Positions 48,650-61,704 of a stretch of 64,000 bases of DNA are shown piece after piece. Origin of the DNA: the human T2T-CHM13v2.0 reference genome, Homo sapiens; the NCBI RefSeq assembly GCF_009914755.1, contig NC_060928.1; one strand, given 5' to 3'. Made by a program: the position numbers and the translations under genes. Every line of letters starts with the position of its first letter. Positions within the stretch are counted from its first letter, which is position 1. Below the pieces are notes generated by a model. It made no database searches. It saw only the letters and a program-made list of their open reading frames with translations, and was not told the DNA's origin.

Positions 48650-51335
48650 CCGTGTTCACATCCAAATCAAGAATGTGTAAAGGAAACATTCCAGGATAGT
48701 GACGCTAGAGATAGCACCTCCCCTAGAGACATCCCAGGGAAGTAAAGATAAAGCCTTCTCTTTTCTCACGCCAGGAGGGGAATTTGCCTACATTCCAGAA
48801 ATAATGAGTAATCTCTCTGGAGAAGATAGGCAGACATGTCAGCAGCCCCATAAAAGCCTAGAGACTTAAAATTTGGGGCTCCTCTTCTGTAGTGCAACCC
48901 ACTCCATGCAGAGGTAACACCTGGCCCTTACTGTATTACGTTATAGGAATTGGAGCATGGGGAACACATACAATGCTACTCTGGCTGCTGTTTTTGCTAT
49001 GAATAAGAAATTGTGTCTCTGATCCAGAGGTTTGTGTGTTTCTGTGTGTCTCCTCTGTAAAATCTCTTTTACCATGTAAGGTAACATTCATGGGTTTCAG
49101 GCAGTAGGATGTAGACATCTTTGGGGAGGCCATTATTAAGCCTACTGTAGCACCCTCTGGTCCCCAAAGACTCATCCATCCCATGTGAAAAATACATTCA
49201 CCCCTCCTAGGGTCCCCATAAATCTCAACCCATTATAGCCTCAACTCAAGTCCAAATCTCATCTAAGTTTCATCAACTAAAAAGTCCCAAATCTCATATC
49301 TAAATTAGATATGGGTGCAGCTCTGAGTATAATCTACTCTGGGGCAAAATTTTTTATCTAAGGACCTATGAAACTAGAAAGCAAGTTCTGTGCTCTACAA
49401 CAGTAGTGGGACAGAAATAGGGTAACATTCATAGATGTTCCCATTCAAAAAGGGAGAAAAAGCCAAAAAGAAGACACCAGCCAATCCCTTTCAAAGTCCC
49501 ATGGACAAACTGCATTAGGTTACTAAGCCTGGGAATAGCTGTGGCTCCTGCACCTGCCCTCTGTACCTGGGGCTCCACCCTCAGAGCCATCTTTTTGGAT
49601 GAGGAGTACCACATGTCTGCTACTAAATAGTTTTATTAGCCCATTTCCTGCTAGTAGAATTTAGGGAACTCGGTTGCCTTCTTTCATTTCAACCACTCTG
49701 TCCGTTTTAGTCCAATTTGACAGTGTTTCTATTGGTAAACAAAACATTGTGAGTCATAGGGATTCACTCCATTGAAAGAGGCTTCTCAACAGATGTTTCC
49801 TGAATAATCCTATCTCTAGTTGGGGCTTCTGCTGAGATTGGTTGAGGGGGTTTGTGAGTCACATGCCTCTTCAAAGAGCTCTGTGTATCTGAATACTGTA
49901 ATCTTTTGTGCCTCCTAAGCAGTAGCAAAAGACTACCCACACTTACAAATAGTTAAGATAATAAATTTCATATTGTGTATATTTTACCACAATTTAAAAT
50001 TCAAAAACTTTTTAAAAAAAGGATGTGCAGCCATATTGTTGGCTTTCTCGCCAGAGCATGTTTTCCTTACAGTGGATCTCTTAGCTTTGGCATCTTTTGC
50101 AATCTGGATAGGCTGAGAATTACTCAAATCATCAAATCATAGTTTCATTTTCTAACAGTTCTCTCAGTTTATCCCTTTTCTCTCTCATTTTTCTAAAAGT
50201 AACAAGAAAAATCCAAGTCAGACCTTCATCACTGCTTGGAAACTTCAACTATACAAGTTCATTGCTTAAAAGTTCTGTTTTCTTACAATTATAGGACACA
50301 ATTCATCTAAGCTTTCTACCACTGTATAACAAGAACCCTCTTTCCTTTAGTTTCCAAAAATATGTTTCTCAATTTCTTGTGAGCCCTCACCAGCAGCACT
50401 TTTAACATCTATATTTCTACAGTTTATGGTGTGTTAAGATTTTCTCTAGTATGATACAGGTTTTCTCTACCATGCTGTTCACTTACTTCCAAGCCCTCAT
50501 AACACCCGTATTTTTACTAACAGCCTATTCGAGCATATTTAGGCCTCTTCTATCATATTCCTAAGAATTCTTCCAGTCTCTCTACAGATTATCCAAATCC
50601 AAATTACTTCCATAATTTTAGTGTTTGTTACAGCAAAGTTGTCATAATTTGGGGCCAGAAAAATCTTTATCTTGATGACTGAACTCACCTATTCTCCAAT
50701 CTTGCTTTTTCTTTGGGGTGCCTTCCTTGTGGACTCTGGTCAAGATTAAACAAGAATAATAGTCCTACTCCTGGTGATTCCCAAGTTCAACCTTACAAAT
50801 GAAGGGGAAAAGGGGCAGAAAGAGTGATGGTTTCAGGTACCCTAATCTGTATTTGTTTCCTATTGCTGCTTTAGCAAATTGCCACATAGTGGCTTAAAGC
50901 AACATAAATTTATTCTTCTTTGGAGTCCAATGTATACTGGGCAAAAGTCGAGGTATCAGCAGGATTCATTCCATCTGGATTATTCAGGGAAGAATGTTTC
51001 CTTACCCTTCCAAGCTTCTGAAGTCTGCCTGCGTCCCCTGTCTTATGGCTCCTTCCTGCATCTTCAGAGCCAGCAGCATAATATCTTCAAGTATCTCTCT
51101 GCTTTTGCCATCACATTATTTTCTCTGTGTCTCTGATTTACCTGACTTCCTCCTGTAAGGACTCTTAAGATGACATTGGACTCATCCAGATCAGCCAGTA
51201 TAATCTGCTCATCTCAAGATCCTTAATTTAATCACATCTGCAAAGGCCTTCTTACTATGTAAAGTAACGTATTCATAGGCTCCAGGGTTTAGGACATGGA
51301 CATCTTTGCTGGCCTATTTTTCAGCCTTCCACAAC
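48650..51335. mobile_element. LTR/MaLR cluster (ERV LTR piece, MLT1 internal sequence, MLT1 LTR at 50848-51335)
   Basis: GGACATCTTTGGGGAGGCCATTATT, TGTATTTGTTTCCTATTGCTGC...TTAATCACATCTGCAAAG. Confidence 0.7.
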
Positions 51336-52096
51336 GGACAATAAACACACAGAACATATTAGATAAGCATTCAAAACCATCAATGAGAGCACACTATGAA
51401 ACACTATTCTAAGGCCTTTAAGTGCATAATCTCTCTTCATTCTCTGGCAATCAAGAATTTTGGCCAAGAAAAGAAACACAGTTTTCAATAAGGAAGCTCA
51501 GAAATTATTGATAACTCATAATGATCAAGAGAACAAAGTGAAAATGCCTTAGCATTGTGCTCAATGGTTTTAAGATATGACCCTAACTTTCCTGTCCAAT
51601 CTCCATCTGCAACCTGTTTACCAATCAAACTAAATTTTCAACTGTTTTCAGAAGCTCCATGGTTTTTCCTTTTCTGCCTTTGCTCAGGCAATTCGTTCCA
51701 TCTGAAATCTCTTTTCCGCCAACTGTGTATATCAGCATACTACTATTTCTTCTAGAAATTTATGTAAGTGGAGTAATAAAGTTTGTGTTCTTTTACATCT
51801 AGCTTCTTTCATTCAGCATATTTTTAAAAGATTTGTCATTTTTTTGTATTGCTAAATAATACTCTATTATATGATGATGTTACAAGTTATTAATGTATTG
51901 TTGTTGGACATTTGCATTGTTTACTGTTTTGAGTTACGAATTAAGCTTCTACAAACATGGGCACAAATCTTTGCATAGATGTATTTTCATTTTTCCTTTG
52001 GTAAATACCTAGGAATGGAATATCTTCTCTGGTGAGGCATTTGTTTAACTATTTTGCCAATTTTAAGATGTGGTTGTTTTTCTTATTTTTGAGTTT

Positions 52097-52620
52097 GTTG
52101 GATATAAAAAGCTCCAGGAATAAATGCTCGGTGCCGTGAAGTAAAACCAGCAGTCAGGCAAAAGTTTAATCCTGTCAGCAAGGCAATTGACTTCTGCAGA
52201 AGGGTGCCACTTGCATCAACTAAGATCGCAAGAGCACAGAGAACAAAGGAGACTGGGGGGTTTTTATATCCTTAACGCAATTCCTACTTCTGTGTCCCTC
52301 CCCCATGGGTAGGGTCAGACTGCACAATCTGAGCTGACCCTATTGGCTACTTGTACATATTTTTCTAAATATAAAAGGGGAGGGGGACGTGAGCTACAGA
52401 GGTGGAGCATGTGAGACGTGCAGTTTCAGGGACACAATGGGTGCAGGTAACCAAGGGAATAGATGTGAGTTATTGATTAGGGATGACAGAAAAGGGGTAG
52501 GCTGTTTTACAGTAACTAGGGACAAGGAGGAACAGGAAAGTTGAGTTTGAGAACAAAAGACAAGGAAGTTAGCAGGCTACATTTTTGAAGAGAAACTCAG
52601 AGAAATTCATTGTATCTTAC
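52097..52620 (-). mobile_element. class I ERV 3' LTR
   Basis: on the minus strand a polypurine tract AAAAGGGAGGAGT precedes TGTAAGA... and the element ends ...CCAACA. Confidence 0.75.
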
Positions 52621-52794
52621 AACTCCTCCCTTTTAAATTTTCTTATGATTTTTCTCTTCAAACTCTTTAACATGTCTTGGCTTTGCCGTTTGTTTTGATC
52701 TTCTAAAAGGAAAAGCTTACTTGAATAAGGTGGAGGAGAACTAAGGGAGGCTTTAGTAAGTGCTGTTTGTACAATCTTTTGTATTTGCCTATGG

Positions 52795-53870
52795 ATGCAT
52801 GGTATGACACATCACCTAACGAGTTCGTCTAGTACGATTGCAAGAGAAATAAGAATTGAGGCTATGTTTCCTTTATATTTACCAAACCACTTTCCTAGCC
52901 ATTCTGAAATAGGGTCATTGACTTCAGAATTTTTAGTTAATGCATTGGATAAAGCAGTAAATCCCTGCAAGGCCTTTGTTATGCTTCCATTGGGAGCAGT
53001 GTTGTTTGGGATGAAGGTGCAATATTGGGTTTTAATTATAACACAAACCCTACCTTTTTTGGCTAATAACATGTCTAGAGCTATTCTGTTTTCCCAAGTC
53101 ATTTGGCTAGTAGGCCTTAATTGGTCAGCTATTCCTTTGATAGCATCCTTGGTGTAATTAATAAACTGTTGCTGATTATAATAGATGTAATTTATCCAAG
53201 CCACATTTTTATTAATAGTTACCTGTGGAAATATGGATTTAAATTCTGCAGCTATTTGGTCATGGACTTTGAATCTGTTAGGCACTTCTTGTGGGACTCC
53301 AATGACGTCTATGTTAACTTGAGAGTCAAAAGATCCATAAGAGGCTTTTCTTCTTCTTTTTTTTTTTTTGGCGGGGGAGGTGTTGTGGTTTTTCTTTTTC
53401 TGGTTGATGAAATGTCAGGGTGAAAGGGATAGCCAATTAGACAAGAGTGTAAGTACCACTCCAGTTACCTGGCAGAGTGTCCAGTAAGTGTTCACCACAA
53501 TACCACCATACATCTGTTTGAGGATGACTAAGGGCAGACTGATGAGTAAGCTCCTGGAAAGGCTTAAGCTCACGGCATCCCATTAAGCTTCCAAGGAATG
53601 CCAAATTCTCCCCCTGTGGTGACAGACACAAGGTGAAATTGACGGGAAAAGGAAGCTGAGTGGTCCTCGGGGGCTGACTCGCAGGGTGTTGGACTTCGGG
53701 ATATAGCAGAGAGAGAGCCTGGCATGATTTGTTGCCCCAAGCCGTAGAATCCTGGAAGAGAGCTACCATGCAGCCCATGCCCGGTCGACTGGGAGACCAT
53801 CCGAGTGGAAAGGGGACTCTCTGGGCCTCCAGCCGGCCATGCACACAAGCATAACAACTGCTTTTATTTA
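52795..53870 (-). pseudogene. class I ERV env remnant (SU and TM)
   Basis: SU with CxxC (SCYAC) and WWYCG; TM immunosuppressive motif WENRIALDMLLA and degenerate CX6CC (CVIIKTQYC); broken into separate frames. Confidence 0.9.
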
Positions 53871-54217
53871 ATGTACTTGGGAGGTGAGCATGCACAATGT
53901 GTTTAGGAAGCTGTATGCATGCCATCTGAGGCTTTCTTCCATTTTCCAGGGGAGTGCCCCTGGAAGGTCATACTCCACCATTTTGTCTCTTAATGTACAT
54001 GCCCTGGAAGTTGCTTTTCCCTGGTCTCTGCATTCAATTAACCGTTTAGTGCCGCAGGTGTGGACCATAAGGAAATGGCCTCTCCCTGGTGTCAGCTGCC
54101 AATTTATCACTTTTAAAGAGGCAATGTAATAAGTGCCAAACCAACACCCGACATTCCTAGTGGGTGGGGGAAGAGCCCTCTCCTGCTGCACTCATGCCTG
54201 TCTAACTACATGTAACA
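53870..54217 (-). mobile_element. ERV1 LTR 5' portion (MER50/MER66-like)
   Basis: minus strand begins TGTTACATGTAGTTAGACAGGCATGAG...CCCACCCACTAGGAATGTC. Confidence 0.65.
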
Positions 54218-54239
54218 CACAGAACTTTTTCTTTTTTTT

Positions 54240-54376
54240 TTTTAAGCTCATCAGCTAATGCTAGTGCTTTTTATGTGTGGCTGAAGTTAGTGTTAGTCTT
54301 ATGTTAGTGTTAGTGTTTTTTATGTGTGGGTTATTCCAATGTGGCCCAGGGAAGCCACAAGATTGGACAACCCTGT
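54240..54376 (-). mobile_element. MER30 hAT MITE fragment
   Basis: AGCTCATCAGCTA...TTAGTGTTAGTG...CCAATGTGGCCCAGGGAAGCC...GATTGGACAACCCTG. Confidence 0.8.
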
Positions 54377-54635
54377 TTTTTACATACATGCCTTTGTCAG
54401 ATACATGTATTGCAAGTACATCCCAATTTGTGGATTGCTCATTTTCTTAGTGGTGTTTTTTGAAGAGCAGAATTTCTTAGCTTTGATGAATGTCAATATA
54501 TAAATTTGGTTTTTGGCTTTTGGTACGTAGACCCAAAATAAAATAGATATAAATATCCCCAAGAGCATAAATAATAGCAACATGTAGTAAAATAATTAAG
54601 AAGTTATGTATTTTGGATGTTTATTACCTTTGCTT

Positions 54636-54931
<296 letters not shown>

Positions 54932-55157
54932 TGCTTTTAATATAATTTATTTTATTGTAAGTTTATATAATTTAATTTTTAATATGACTGTGTTTAACAA
55001 ATGGCTCCCAGATTTTTGATACATTTTTGAAAATATACCTGTCAAATATTGTCAGCCGGTTTCAGTGCATGACTGCCTGTGGTATCATTTAACATGTCCC
55101 TCTATCCTCTATATTTCCTGAAAACTGTAGTTAAATCTGAAAGTTTGCTAGATTCAG

Positions 55158-55190
55158 ATTAGATAGATAGATAGATAGACAGACAGATGC
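55158..55190 (+). repeat. (TAGA)n/(CAGA)n microsatellite
   Basis: AGATAGATAGATAGATAGACAGACAGA. Confidence 0.85.
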
Positions 55191-55862
55191 ATGGATACTT
55201 CAGAAGTGGTGCTGTGTATTTCCTGTTGCCTCACACATCAAGATAAAGTCATGTTTTGAGGGTTTGTGAGGTATGAAAGACTTCTTCCCTCAAAACAAAC
55301 TCATCCCCCATGACAATGAATAAGATGAATATAAACAAAATGAAAAAGGAGTAAACCATGAGGGAAAAGAGAAAAGAAGAGGAGTTGTCAGGAACAGAAT
55401 TTGGGATGGTGGAAAGAAAATGAGGAAGGGGTAACAATTTAGTTGGCCAGTGAAGGCTGAAACCTCAGTTGGCTAGTGGGGAAAGAGAATGTAAGCTGTG
55501 AAGAAAGTTGTTTGATGTCATGAACCCTCAAAAGGAAGAGGAATTGGAAGAAAGGTCTGTCACTAACATGAAAGTGGGAGTGGATGTAGGGCTGGAAGTC
55601 AAAAAAGTAGTTGGAAGTCCAAGAATGCCCTCCCTAATCCTGTGCAGCAACATATTTCCTGAAGAGTAGACCAAAGATTCTAGGTTGTGGGGTACCAGGC
55701 ATCAGTGAGGCCAGAGCTTCTACTAAAAATGTGGTGAGAGAGGAGGGATAAGTGAAAATCTTTATACTGAATAGTGAGATTCTCCCAGCCACCTTCCCCC
55801 ACTCAGCTCCACATTGCTATCATCCAGGCATATATCCTTCCAGGTAGAAAATAGGAATATTA

Positions 55863-56177
<315 letters not shown>

Positions 56178-56320
56178 TTACTCTCTGGAAAAACGGACTG
56201 TCCAAGAGAAAATGACAGGTATCTCTTAGTGATAAAGTGCAGTATGTTCATCCTACAGGGCAGCCCACCCTTTGACAAACTCTGACCATTTGCCTTGAGC
56301 CTGCTTCTAATTAGTGCCTG

Positions 56321-56610
56321 ATATGATATGGCTGCGTCCCCAACCAAATCTCATCTTGAATTGTAGTTCCCACAATTCCCTCATGTCATATGAGGGACTC
56401 GGTGGGAGGTAATTGAATCATGGGGGTGGGTCTTTCCCATTCTCATAATAGTGAATAAGTTTCACAAGATCTGATGGTTTTATAAAGAGGAGTTCCCCTG
56501 CACAAGCTGTCTCTTGCCTACTGCCATGTAAGACGTGCCTGTTGCCTTCTGCCAAATTACCCAGTCTCAGGTATGTCTTTATCTGCAGTGCGACAATGAA
56601 CTAATACTGT
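56321..56610 (+). mobile_element. THE1/MST MaLR LTR
   Basis: TGATATGG...CCAAATCTCATCTTGAATTGTAGTTCCC...GGGAGGTAATTGAATCATGGGG...ACTAATAC. Confidence 0.85.
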
Positions 56611-56859
56611 TCCTTATGTTTTTCTGTGTTTGTAAAAATAATCAGCCAAAGGTCATCAGTTTATTTGAGGGAAACTTCTCACATTAAAGCCAGTCACCAA
56701 AATGGAAATAAGGCACTCAAAGGAAACAGACATTGGCAGAAGAAAATTTAAAAGAAAAATGAAAAACCTACATCTGTAATAAAAGCCTCAGAAATATTCA
56801 CAAAACAGCAAGAGAAGATTATAAAAAGCAAAAAGACCTGAACGTGTAGAACACAACTG

Positions 56860-56868
56860 TATATATAA

Positions 56869-56906
<38 letters not shown>
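56860..56906. repeat. (TA)n microsatellite within an L1 ORF1-region remnant
   Basis: direct inspection. Confidence 0.9.
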
Positions 56907-56908
<2 letters not shown>

Positions 56909-57653
56909 TAAATTTAAAAAAGCAACAGAGAAGTTGGAAGATAATGATAAATTTATATTCAAGAAAGTATAAGAAGACAAAGAAAAAAGGTGAAAATATA
57001 GAAAATTAAAGACTAGGAAGTCTAACAAGGAAATCATTCCTATATGAGTAACAGGAATTTCAGAAAGAGAAAACAGAATTTGGAGGAGGGGAAATTACCA
57101 AAAAATTGAGAAAATATCTCAGTATTTAAAGACATGAGTTTGTAGGTTAAAAGGGCTCATGGATTGTCCAGTACAATGAAAAACAACTACTTTTGCCCAA
57201 CTTCATCTCTGAAATTTCATACTCCTAAGAATAGAAGGAAATTCTGAAAATTTCCAGATAGAAAAAAAAAGGCCAAAGAATAAAAAACAAAACAAACAAC
57301 AACAAAAAAGGTCAAATAAACAGGAATAGGAAAATGGGTTCAGATTTCTCAACAGCAACACAGAAAACAATGGAACACAGTCTTCAAAATTTTGAAGGGA
57401 AATGCTTTCCAATGCAAAAATGTACCCAACCAAATTCTCAATCAAGTGTGAGGTTAGAATAATGACACTTTGAATTCTTATGCAAAAATCTCAGACATCC
57501 AATCAAATTCTCAATTAAGTGTGAAGGTAGAATAATGACATTTTGAATTCTTATGCAAAAAATCTCAGAAAGTTTAGTCCCTGTGTATCTTCTCAAGAAG
57601 CTATTGGAAGATGTGCTCCATAAAACAAGAAAGAGGAGGATGTGAGATCTAGT

Positions 57654-58230
57654 TGTATTAGTTCGTTTTCATGCTGCTCATAAAGACACACCTGAAACTG
57701 GGAACAGAAAGAGGGTTAATTGGACTTACAGTTCTGCATGGCTGGGGAGGCCTCAGAATCATGGCATGAGGTGAAAGGCACTTCTTACATGGCAGCGGCA
57801 AGAGAAAAATGAGGAAGAAGCAAAAGTGGAAACACCTGATAAACCCATCAGATCTTGTGAGACTTATTCACTATCACCAGAATACCAGAATAGCATGGGA
57901 AAGACCGGCCCCCATGATTCAATTACTCCCACCCTGCCTCCCCACCCCCACCCCAACCTAGCTCTCTCCCACAACACGTGGGAATTCTGGGAGATACAAT
58001 TCAAGTTGAGATTTGGGTGGGGACACAGCCAAACCATATCATTCCACCCCGGCCCCTCCAAATCTCACATCCTCACATTTCAAAACCAATCATGCCTTCT
58101 CAACAGTCCCTCAAAGTCTTAACTTCAACATTAGCCCAAAAGTCCACAGTTCAAAGTTTCATCTGAGACAAGGCAAATGCCTTCTGCCTATGAGCCTGTA
58201 ATATCAAAAGCAAGCTAGTTACTTTCTAGA
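57654..58230 (-). mobile_element. THE1/MST LTR plus internal segment
   Basis: TGTATTAGTTCGTTTTCATGCTGCT...GGGACACAGCCAAACCATATCA then MaLR internal TTCCACCCCGGCCCCTCCAAATCTCA. Confidence 0.85.
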
Positions 58231-58339
58231 TAATGATTACCTCCAGGGTAAACAAGAGGTTTACAACAAATAAAATGTCATAATGTCCCAAACAGAATAA
58301 TGTCCCAAACAGAAACATCAAGAAATAGCATATAGGTAT

Positions 58340-59030
<691 letters not shown>

Positions 59031-59044
59031 GAGCCATGCCAGGG

Positions 59045-59475
59045 ATGCCCCAAAATTACTAAACTAAAGGGAAAAGTCAGGCTGGGAACTGCTCAGGGCA
59101 AACTTGCCTCCCATTCTATTCAAAGTCATTCAGCTGCTCACTGAGATATATGCATATTCTGATGGCCTTCTTTGGAAAGGCTTATCAGAAACTCAAAAGA
59201 AGGCAACCATTTGTCTCTCACCTACCTGTGACCTGGAAGCCCCCTCCGTGCTTCGAGTTGTCCCCGCCTCTCTGGACAGAACCAATGTACTTCTTACATA
59301 TATTGATTGATATCTCATGTCTCCCTAAAATGTATAAAACCAAGCTGTGCCCTGACCACCTTGGGTACATGTCGTCAGGACTTCCTGAGGTTGTGTCATG
59401 GACACGTGTCCTCAACCTTGCTAAAATAAACTTTCTAAATTAATTGAGACCTGTCTCAAAATTTGCGGGTTCACA
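59045..59475 (+). mobile_element. MER4-like ERV1 LTR
   Basis: AAAGGGAAAAGTCAGGCTGGGAACTG...AAATAAACTTTCTAAATT...GAGACCTGTCTCA...TTCACA. Confidence 0.75.
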
Positions 59476-59745
59476 CATGTTATTTAGAAATATGGAAGTA
59501 AACACAGGAACAAAACTTGAAAGAATTAAAAATGCTTTCCTCTGGAAAGTGGATTTAACTTAAGGAGGAACTGAACAGGAGAATGCGGGTTTTGGTTACA
59601 GAAAAAAAGAGATTCAAATAAAACAGTAGAGAACACCTGTTCTGTCCTCCCTTGTGTTTATCAAGTGCTTGCCAGGCACTCAAAGTTCATTGCTGTCATT
59701 ATTGTAAGAATTGAGGACTTGGGCCTCCACGTGGTATTCTATTAA

Positions 59746-60052
<307 letters not shown>

Positions 60053-60129
60053 AATCCTGGCTCTCTTAAACTGAACATCTCCAGGATTTTGCATCTATCA
60101 GGAAGGGAGATTGTGACCTCTGACAAGTT

Positions 60130-60465
60130 ACAGTCGGCGGTAGGTATCCATGGAGAATTGGTTCCAGGAACCTCCTGGATACCAAAATCCACAGATGCTC
60201 AAGGCCCTTATATTAAATGGTGTAGTATACAGTATTTGCACATCCTCTTCTATAATTCACGTCATCTCCAGATTCCTTGTAATATCAAGTACTATGTAAT
60301 TGTTACATAAGTAGTTGTTACATTGGATTATTTAGGGAATGATGACAAGGAAAAAAAAGTCCGTACATGTTCCGTACAGATGCAAGCATTCTTTTTTTCC
60401 TCAAATGTTTCTCATCCGTGGTTAGCTGAATTTGGATGATGAATCCGCAAATCTGGAGGGCCGAA
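60130..60465. mobile_element. MER2-like MITE
   Basis: TACAGTCGG...GGATACCAAAATCCACAGATGCTCAAG...GGAGGGCCGA. Confidence 0.75.
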
Positions 60466-60828
60466 CATGCTTAACTTCCCTGAGTTTATCCATTGCTAAA
60501 GCGAGAGAAATTACAAACTTAGCTAGGAAGGGTGTTGCGGAAAGTAATTAATATTATACTTGCAAAGTGCTTGGCACGTTGTTGTGGTTATTATTTCCTG
60601 AAAACAAACAAACACCACTTATTGGTTGGTGTGAAAGAGGGCATCTGTCAAAGTTGTCGTCCTTTGGAGCCAGAAAAGTATTTCTTCTGATGATGACTGA
60701 CCTCTCCTCACCTCTCCTTCAACCTTGCGGCTTCTTTGGGGCTCCCTCCCCGTGGACAGCGGTCAAGATTAGCCTGGGCCACAGTGCACTGGTCCTGTCC
60801 TGGGTGATGTTCCAAGCTCACTCTTTTT

Positions 60829-61145
60829 TAATTTTATTTATTTATTAATTTTTTTTTTAGACAGAGTCTCACTCTGTCGCCCAGGGCTGGAGTGCAGTGG
60901 TGCAATCACTGCTCGCTGCAGCCTCGATCCCCTGGGGTCAAGCCTCCTCACATCTCACCTCGCAGGTAGCTGAGACTACAGATGCGCACCACCAGGACCA
61001 GCTAAGTTTTGTATTTTTTTGTAGAGAGGAGGTTTCTCACCTGTATGTTACTCAGGTTTGTCTCGAACTCCTATACTCAAGCGATCCGCCCGTCTAGGCC
61101 TCTCAAAGTGCTGGGATTACAGGCATGAGCCGCCGCGCCCCGCCC
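60829..61145 (-). mobile_element. Alu (AluJ-like) abutting the BST1 promoter
   Basis: antisense Alu ending GAGCCGCCGCGCCCCGCC. Confidence 0.85.
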
Positions 61146-61580
61146 CACGCTCAGTCTTGAAATTGTCTGGAACGGGAAACGGCAAACAGCGAGATATCCG
61201 AGCGAGAGTCCCGCCCTGCATCAGTTTGCGGAACCGCCTTGGTAGAAGGAGAGAAGGGGAGTGGAGGAAGCACGGGACTGGAGGGACCAAAGTTCCCCGA
61301 TGGCGGCCCAGGGGTGCGCGGCATCGCGGCTGCTCCAGCTGCTGCTGCAGCTTCTGCTTCTACTGTTGCTGCTGGCGGCGGGCGGGGCGCGCGCGCGGTG
61401 GCGCGGGGAGGGCACCAGCGCACACTTGCGGGACATCTTCCTGGGCCGCTGCGCCGAGTACCGCGCACTGCTGAGTCCCGAGCAGCGGTGAGGCAGTCGG
61501 CCGGGTGGAAGGGGAGCCGGAAAGAGGCAACGGTGGGGAGGGCCTGGGGAGGGGAAAACTGGCGCTAAAGGTCGGGGTGA
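61120..61580 (+). promoter_or_regulatory. BST1 CpG-rich TATA-less promoter / exon 1 island
   Basis: CpG-rich, GC boxes, no TATA box seen. Confidence 0.75.
61300..61487 (+). CDS. BST1: BST1 (CD157, ADP-ribosyl cyclase 2) coding exon 1
   Basis: [62 protein letters not shown](R): signal peptide plus cyclase-family WxGxGT...IFLGRC; donor CG|GTGAGG; 188 nt. Confidence 0.97.
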
Positions 61581-61704
61581 GGGGGCAATGAGAGAGGCCT
61601 TGAGGGGAGAGGTGAGTGTGGAGACAGCGATGGTCCTGAACGATGGGGGCGAGTGAGGAGGGGGCTGTGAAGTGTGTCTGCAGGTGAGGGGTGCGCTGTG
61701 CGGG

